DNA of 64,000 bases. Origin: Anaeromyxobacteraceae bacterium (lineage in GTDB: Bacteria > Myxococcota > Myxococcia > Myxococcales > Anaeromyxobacteraceae). Below the pieces are notes generated by a model. The model ran no database searches and was not told the DNA's origin. It was given only the letters and a program-made list of their open reading frames with translations. Shown piece after piece: positions 59,655 to 64,000 of the stretch. The stretch lies in contig JAULAX010000017.1 in assembly GCA_032654565.1 (NCBI GenBank), positions 64,001-128,000 of the forward strand. The letters run 5' to 3'. How positions within the stretch are numbered: position 1 is the first letter of the stretch; the number at the start of each line of letters is the position of its first letter. Made by a program: the position numbers and the translations under genes.

Positions 59655-60062
59655 TCAGGCCCGGCCGTGGACCAGGACCCGGGGCTCGGCCCGGAAGAGC
59701 ACGTCGATCTTGTCGATGCGGACGGTGGTGACGAACCCGAGGCCGAAGGTCGGGTGGTCGAGGACGTCGTCGACCACGAAGCGGCGCTTCAGCGAGTAGG
59801 GGACTGGCGGGCGCTTGTGGGCGGCCAGCTGCTCGTCGAAGGTGACCACCACCTTCTTCTCGCGCGGCGGCCGGGTGGCCTTCTTCTTCACCACCGAGGT
59901 GGTGCCGACCGCCCCGGGCAGCGGGCGGTACTTGTGCTCACCCTTGCAGGTGTTGCACTTCACCTTCGCCGGCTTGTCGCCGACCATGGCGATCACCGTG
60001 TGTGCCAGCGTCAGCTCGCACTTGCTGCAGAGCGCATCGACCTCGCCGCCAACCTTGATCAT
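59655..60062 (-). CDS. Conserved hypothetical zinc-ribbon protein
   Basis: CSKC..H..CNTC..H; C-terminal HPTFGLG..V motif. Confidence 0.75.
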   Translation of the reverse strand: MIKVGGEVDALCSKCELTLAHTVIAMVGDKPAKVKCNTCKGEHKYRPLPGAVGTTSVVKKKATRPPREKKVVVTFDEQLAAHKRPPVPYSLKRRFVVDDVLDHPTFGLGFVTTVRIDKIDVLFRAEPRVLVHGRA

Positions 60063-60143
60063 AGGGCCGAGCAGCATACAGCAAAGCGCGCCCCGGCGCA
60101 GGGCGCCGGGCGGATATAGGCGACCATCCCCGGGAAGCGTGAC

Positions 60144-60908
60144 ATGATCAGGGGCATGACACGGCTCAAGGCCGCCCTCGAGGACTTCGGGGGCATGATC
60201 TTCTTCGCCCTCGAGACCCTGGCCTGGGCCTTCCGGCCCCCCTTCCGGCCGGGGCTGATCCTCGCCCAGATGGCCTTCATCGGCGCCGGCTCGGTCTTCA
60301 TCGTCGGCGTCACCGGGACCTTCAGCGGCATGGTGCTGGCGTTGCAGGGGAATTACGCCATGAAGCAGTTCGCCGCCGAGGGGTACGTGGGCGGCTCGGT
60401 GGCCCTGGCCCTGGCCCGCGAGCTGGCCCCGGTGCTGACCGCGCTGATGGTCACCGGCCGGGCCGGGAGCGCCGTCGCCACCGAGCTCGGCACCATGCGG
60501 GTCACCGAGCAGATCGACGCCATGGACTCGATGGCGGTCAACCCCATCCAGTACCTGGTGGTCCCCCGGGTCATCGCCTCGATCCTGATGTTCCCGGCGC
60601 TCACCATGCTCTTCAACCTGCTCGGCTACCTGGGGGCCTTCGTGATGGGGGTCTACGTGGCCGGGATCCCGGTCGGCCCCTTCATCGAGCACACCCGCAC
60701 CTTCCTGGTGCCCGCCGACATCCTCCACGGGCTGGGCAAGGCGGTGCTCTTCGGCGGGGTGGTGGCGGTGGTCACCTGCTGGCGCGGCTACTCGGCCACC
60801 GGCGGCTCGCGCGGCGTGGGGGAGGGGACCACCCGCGCCGTGGTCAGCAGCTCCATCGGCATCCTCATCGTCGACTACGCGCTCACCCTCTTCTCGGTGG
60901 GGACCTGA
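60144..60908 (+). CDS. mlaE: MlaE-family ABC permease
   Basis: RELAPVLTAL, ELGTMRVTEQIDA, GVGEGTTRAVV. Confidence 0.93.
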   Translation: MIRGMTRLKAALEDFGGMIFFALETLAWAFRPPFRPGLILAQMAFIGAGSVFIVGVTGTFSGMVLALQGNYAMKQFAAEGYVGGSVALALARELAPVLTALMVTGRAGSAVATELGTMRVTEQIDAMDSMAVNPIQYLVVPRVIASILMFPALTMLFNLLGYLGAFVMGVYVAGIPVGPFIEHTRTFLVPADILHGLGKAVLFGGVVAVVTCWRGYSATGGSRGVGEGTTRAVVSSSIGILIVDYALTLFSVGT

Positions 60909-60911
60909 GCC

Positions 60912-61652
60912 GTGATCAAGGTCCATGACCTCTGGAAGGCGTTCGGCGAGAACCAGGTCCTCAAGGGGATCACCCTCTCCATCCCGCCGGGGCAGACCTA
61001 CGTGGTGCTGGGCGGCTCCGGCTCCGGCAAGACCGTGCTGATGAAGCACGTCATCGGGCTCCTCAAGCCCGACCGCGGCACCGTCCAGGTCAACGGCGTG
61101 GAGCTCTCGGCGCTGGAGGGCAAGGCGCTCACCGAGGCGCGCGGCGTCTTCGGCATGGTCTTCCAGGGGGCGGCGCTCTTCGACTCCATGACCGTCTTCG
61201 AGAACGTCGCCTTCCCGCTGCTGGAGCGCGGCCACCGACCGGCCGCCGCGGAGGTGCGGGAGCGCTGCCTGGCCAAGCTCAAGGTGGTCGACCTGGGCGA
61301 GGAGGTGCTGGAGCGGTTCCCCGCCGAGCTCTCCGGCGGGATGCGCAAGCGGGTGGCGCTGGCCCGGGCCCTGGTCTCCGACCCCAAGGTGGTGCTCTAC
61401 GACGAGCCGACCACCGGCCTCGATCCCATCACCACCGCCTACGTCGACGAGATGATCCTGGCCGCCAAGCAGCGGCTCGGCATCACCTCCATGGTCATCA
61501 GCCACGACGTGGCCTCGGCCTTCAAGGTGGCCGATCGGCTGGCGGTGCTCTACGATGGCAAGCTCGTCGCCGAAGGGACGCCCGCCGAGGTCAAGGCCAG
61601 CAAGGATCCGTACGTGCAGCGCTACCTCTCCACCTGGTTCGAGAAGCAGTGA
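60912..61652 (+). CDS. mlaF: MlaF-family ABC ATPase
   Basis: GGSGSGKT, FQGAALFDS, LSGGMRKRV, YDEPTTGLDP. Confidence 0.93.
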   Translation: MIKVHDLWKAFGENQVLKGITLSIPPGQTYVVLGGSGSGKTVLMKHVIGLLKPDRGTVQVNGVELSALEGKALTEARGVFGMVFQGAALFDSMTVFENVAFPLLERGHRPAAAEVRERCLAKLKVVDLGEEVLERFPAELSGGMRKRVALARALVSDPKVVLYDEPTTGLDPITTAYVDEMILAAKQRLGITSMVISHDVASAFKVADRLAVLYDGKLVAEGTPAEVKASKDPYVQRYLSTWFEKQ

Positions 61653-61668
61653 GCCCCCGCCCGTGAAG

Positions 61669-63408
61669 ATGCCGCTCCTCAACAAGGCCCTCTCGGTGGG
61701 CGCGCTGGTGGCCGTGTCCGGCGTCGCCTTCCTGGTGGCGTTCACCTTCTTCAAGAAGGGGGGCTACTCCGAGAAGGAGAGCTACGTCGTCCACGCCTTC
61801 TTCGAAGACGCCACCGGCCTCACCTGGAAGAGCCGGGTGCAGATCGCCGGGATCCAGGTCGGCGAGGTGGACAAGATCTCCCTGGAGGGGCAGCGGGCCC
61901 GACTGCAGCTGCGCATCAAGAACGGCGTGGAGCTCAAGACCAGCGCCTGCCTCACCAAGAGCTTCCCCTCGCCCCTGCTCCCCGACGCCCTCCTGGAGGT
62001 CTCGCTGGGGGCGGAGGGCGCGCCGTCCCTCTCCAGCCTGCCGCTGGAGCAGCGCGAGGTGAAGTGCGTCCGCGAGTCGGCCAGCACCCAGAAGCTGATC
62101 GAGTCGATGTCCAAGATCGCCGCCGACGTCCAGGTGGTGACCACCGAGCTCACCAAGCTGGTGGGCGACCAGCGCGGCTCGATGCGCGAGATCATCGAGA
62201 ACGTCGCGAACCTGACCCGGCGCCTCGACGCCACGGTGGAGGAGAACTCCGGGAAGCTCTCCCGGCTGCTCTCCAACGCCGAGGCCATCTCCGGCGACCT
62301 GCGCGACCTGACCGGCTCGGAGAAGGCCCACATCCGCGACATCGTCGGCAACATCGAGGTGGTCTCGCGGCAGCTGCGCCAGCTGCTGGCCAGCACCCAG
62401 TCGATCATCGAGGGCACCCCGGTCCCGGGCGCGGCCCCCGGCGCCATCCCCGGCCCCGGCTCGGCCCCTGGTGCGGCGGACGGCCTGGCGGCGGCCCCCT
62501 CCGGCCGTGCGGGGCAGGCCGGTCAAGGAGGACAGGCCAGCCAGGCGACCCAGGTCGGCCCCCCGGGCCCGGCCGGTCCCCCCGGCCCCGCCGGCGGCGA
62601 CGCCCGCGGTGTCCGCCAGGCCGTCGAGAAGGCCAACGACAGCCTGGCCCGGCTCGACAAGCTGATGGCCAAGCTGACCGAGGGGGACAGCGTGGTCGGC
62701 AAGCTGCTCAACGACGAGCGGCTCGGCAACAAGGTGGCCGACGCGGTGGAGACCTACACCAACTACGTCGACAACATGAGCCGGATGCAGATCGAGGTGC
62801 GGCTCCGCTCCGAGTGGCTGCTCAACCAGACCGCCGCCAAGACCTACTTCGGCATCCGCCTCCTGCCCCGGCCGGACAAGTACTACATCCTCGAGGTGGT
62901 CTCGGATCCGCGCGGCGTCGACAACATCGTCACCACCACCACCACCACGCGCGATCCCGCCGTGCCGGGCTCCGACGTCACCAACATCACCACCACCACC
63001 ACCCACGAGCAGAAGCTCACCTACTCGCTGCAGATGGCCAAGCGCTACGGCCCGGTCGCCTTCCGCGTCGGCATCATCGAGAGCTCGGGCGGGGTCGGCT
63101 CCGACCTGCACCTCTTCGACGACCGGCTGCAGGTCTCGGTCTCGGTCTACCAGTTCAGCCGCCCCTTCCCGGGGGTCTTCCCGCGCGCCAAGGTCTGGAT
63201 CAACTGGGCCTTCATGCAGCACTTCTTCATCACCGCCGGCACCGACGACTTCCTCAACCAGTGGCGCGCCGGGCGCTACCCCTTCGGCCCGCGCTTCTCC
63301 CCCAAGGCCGACGTCTTCCTCGGCGGCGGCATCCACTTCACCGACGAAGACCTGAAGATGCTGGTCGGCATGGGGGCCGCCTCGGCGGTGACCCCGGCCC
63401 TCAAGTGA
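61669..63408 (+). CDS. mlaD: MlaD/MCE family protein with long helical region and C-terminal beta-rich domain
   Basis: TM, FEDATGL..VQIAGIQVGEV; follows mlaEF. Confidence 0.88.
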   Translation: MPLLNKALSVGALVAVSGVAFLVAFTFFKKGGYSEKESYVVHAFFEDATGLTWKSRVQIAGIQVGEVDKISLEGQRARLQLRIKNGVELKTSACLTKSFPSPLLPDALLEVSLGAEGAPSLSSLPLEQREVKCVRESASTQKLIESMSKIAADVQVVTTELTKLVGDQRGSMREIIENVANLTRRLDATVEENSGKLSRLLSNAEAISGDLRDLTGSEKAHIRDIVGNIEVVSRQLRQLLASTQSIIEGTPVPGAAPGAIPGPGSAPGAADGLAAAPSGRAGQAGQGGQASQATQVGPPGPAGPPGPAGGDARGVRQAVEKANDSLARLDKLMAKLTEGDSVVGKLLNDERLGNKVADAVETYTNYVDNMSRMQIEVRLRSEWLLNQTAAKTYFGIRLLPRPDKYYILEVVSDPRGVDNIVTTTTTTRDPAVPGSDVTNITTTTTHEQKLTYSLQMAKRYGPVAFRVGIIESSGGVGSDLHLFDDRLQVSVSVYQFSRPFPGVFPRAKVWINWAFMQHFFITAGTDDFLNQWRAGRYPFGPRFSPKADVFLGGGIHFTDEDLKMLVGMGAASAVTPALK

Positions 63409-63413
63409 GGCTT

Positions 63414-63594
63414 TAGTGCCCCGGCCCAGGCAAGATGCCTACTGCGAGCGCCGATACTCTCGCTGCGTCGGGCGGCCTCGTCGGTCCGCTGCTCAGCGTA
63501 GATTCACTACGCTTCCGCTGCTCCCTCCTCGGGCGCCAGCCTCGCTTCGGTCTCGACGCTCTCGTCACGGCATCTCGCCTGGGTCGGGGCACTA
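63414..63594. mobile_element. ~180-bp MITE-like element with IS630-like TA ends
   Basis: TAGTGCCCCGGCCCAGGCAAGATGCC vs GGCATCTCGCCTGGGTCGGGGCACTA (24/26 inverted match); central hairpin AGCGTAG..CTACGCT. Confidence 0.75.
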
Positions 63595-63595
63595 G

Positions 63596-64000
63596 GTGCG
63601 GTCCTGGCAGAAGCTGGCGCTGGCCGGCCTGGCGGCGGTGGTGGTCGGCCAGGTGCTGGTCCGCGGCCCTTCCGGCGCCGGACCGGCCGTGGGCGCGGCG
63701 CCGCCCCCGTTCACCCTGCGCGCGGTCGGCGGCGAGGAGGTGTCGCTCGCCTCGCTGCGCGGCCGGGTGGTGGCGGTGAACTTCTGGGCCACCTGGTGCC
63801 CGCCCTGCCTGCGCGAGCTCCCCGAGCTCTCGGCGGCCCGCCAGGTGGACCAGGGACGCTGCCTGGAGGTGCTGGGCGTGGCCGAGGAGTCGGCCCGCGA
63901 CGACGTGGCCGCGGCGGCGGGGCCGCTGGGCTACCCGGTGCTCCTCGACGCCCGCGCCGAGGTGGCCACCGCCTGGGGCGTCACCGCCTACCCGCGCACC
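63596..64000 (+). CDS. TlpA-like thioredoxin/disulfide reductase (3' truncated; not in the ORF track)
   Basis: Manual translation from GTG 63596: TM, PFTL..SLASLRGRVVAVNFWATWCPPCLRELP. Confidence 0.9.
   Translation, partial: MRSWQKLALAGLAAVVVGQVLVRGPSGAGPAVGAAPPPFTLRAVGGEEVSLASLRGRVVAVNFWATWCPPCLRELPELSAARQVDQGRCLEVLGVAEESARDDVAAAAGPLGYPVLLDARAEVATAWGVTAYPRT

Noticed and set aside
277..63792. Many long overlapping Arg/Pro/Gly-rich or antisense ORFs in the track
   Set aside because: Expected shadow ORFs of high-GC coding DNA; they carry no family motifs and overlap well-supported genes
1..64000. CRISPR array or cas genes
   Set aside because: No regularly spaced direct repeats with unique spacers and no Cas motifs seen
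13146..64000. Selenoprotein gene (in-frame TGA) linked to selC
   Set aside because: The redox motifs I checked (TlpA CPPC, radical SAM, 4Fe-4S protein) use Cys codons; not searched exhaustively

Overview
High-GC bacterial DNA that appears to be two different genomes joined near 13,150. The left ~13 kb looks Betaproteobacteria-like by codon style (an impression, not computed). It carries a class III nucleotide cyclase-STAND-TPR gene, a secreted protein, three cNMP-binding-domain fusions (SulP-STAS, patatin, glutaminase-STAS), a CoA-transferase-GNAT, a ~450-nt palindrome and a lolD-like 3' fragment. That fragment is fused in frame to a truncated monomeric icd. The right ~51 kb looks Anaeromyxobacter/Myxococcota-like. 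Its most striking block (20.3-31.3 kb) is a predicted sigma54-driven membrane redox operon with no catalytic subunit. It encodes a small Cys protein, a Tat 4Fe-4S protein, an NrfD/HybB-type membrane protein, two membrane-anchored GcvH-like proteins lacking the lipoyl-lysine, and a triheme cytochrome. It is flanked by two heme-motif sensor kinases (one degenerate), an orphan Cache sensor, an archaemetzincin and an NtrC-type activator. The rest of the right segment holds an O2-sensing regulatory cluster (globin kinase, Fnr-like), a metX-homoserine dehydrogenase fusion, a RAYT-like transposase, two MITE-like palindromes, tdh-kbl, speA, tRNA-Sec, an M16 peptidase pair and mlaEFD. No CRISPR array or rRNA was seen.
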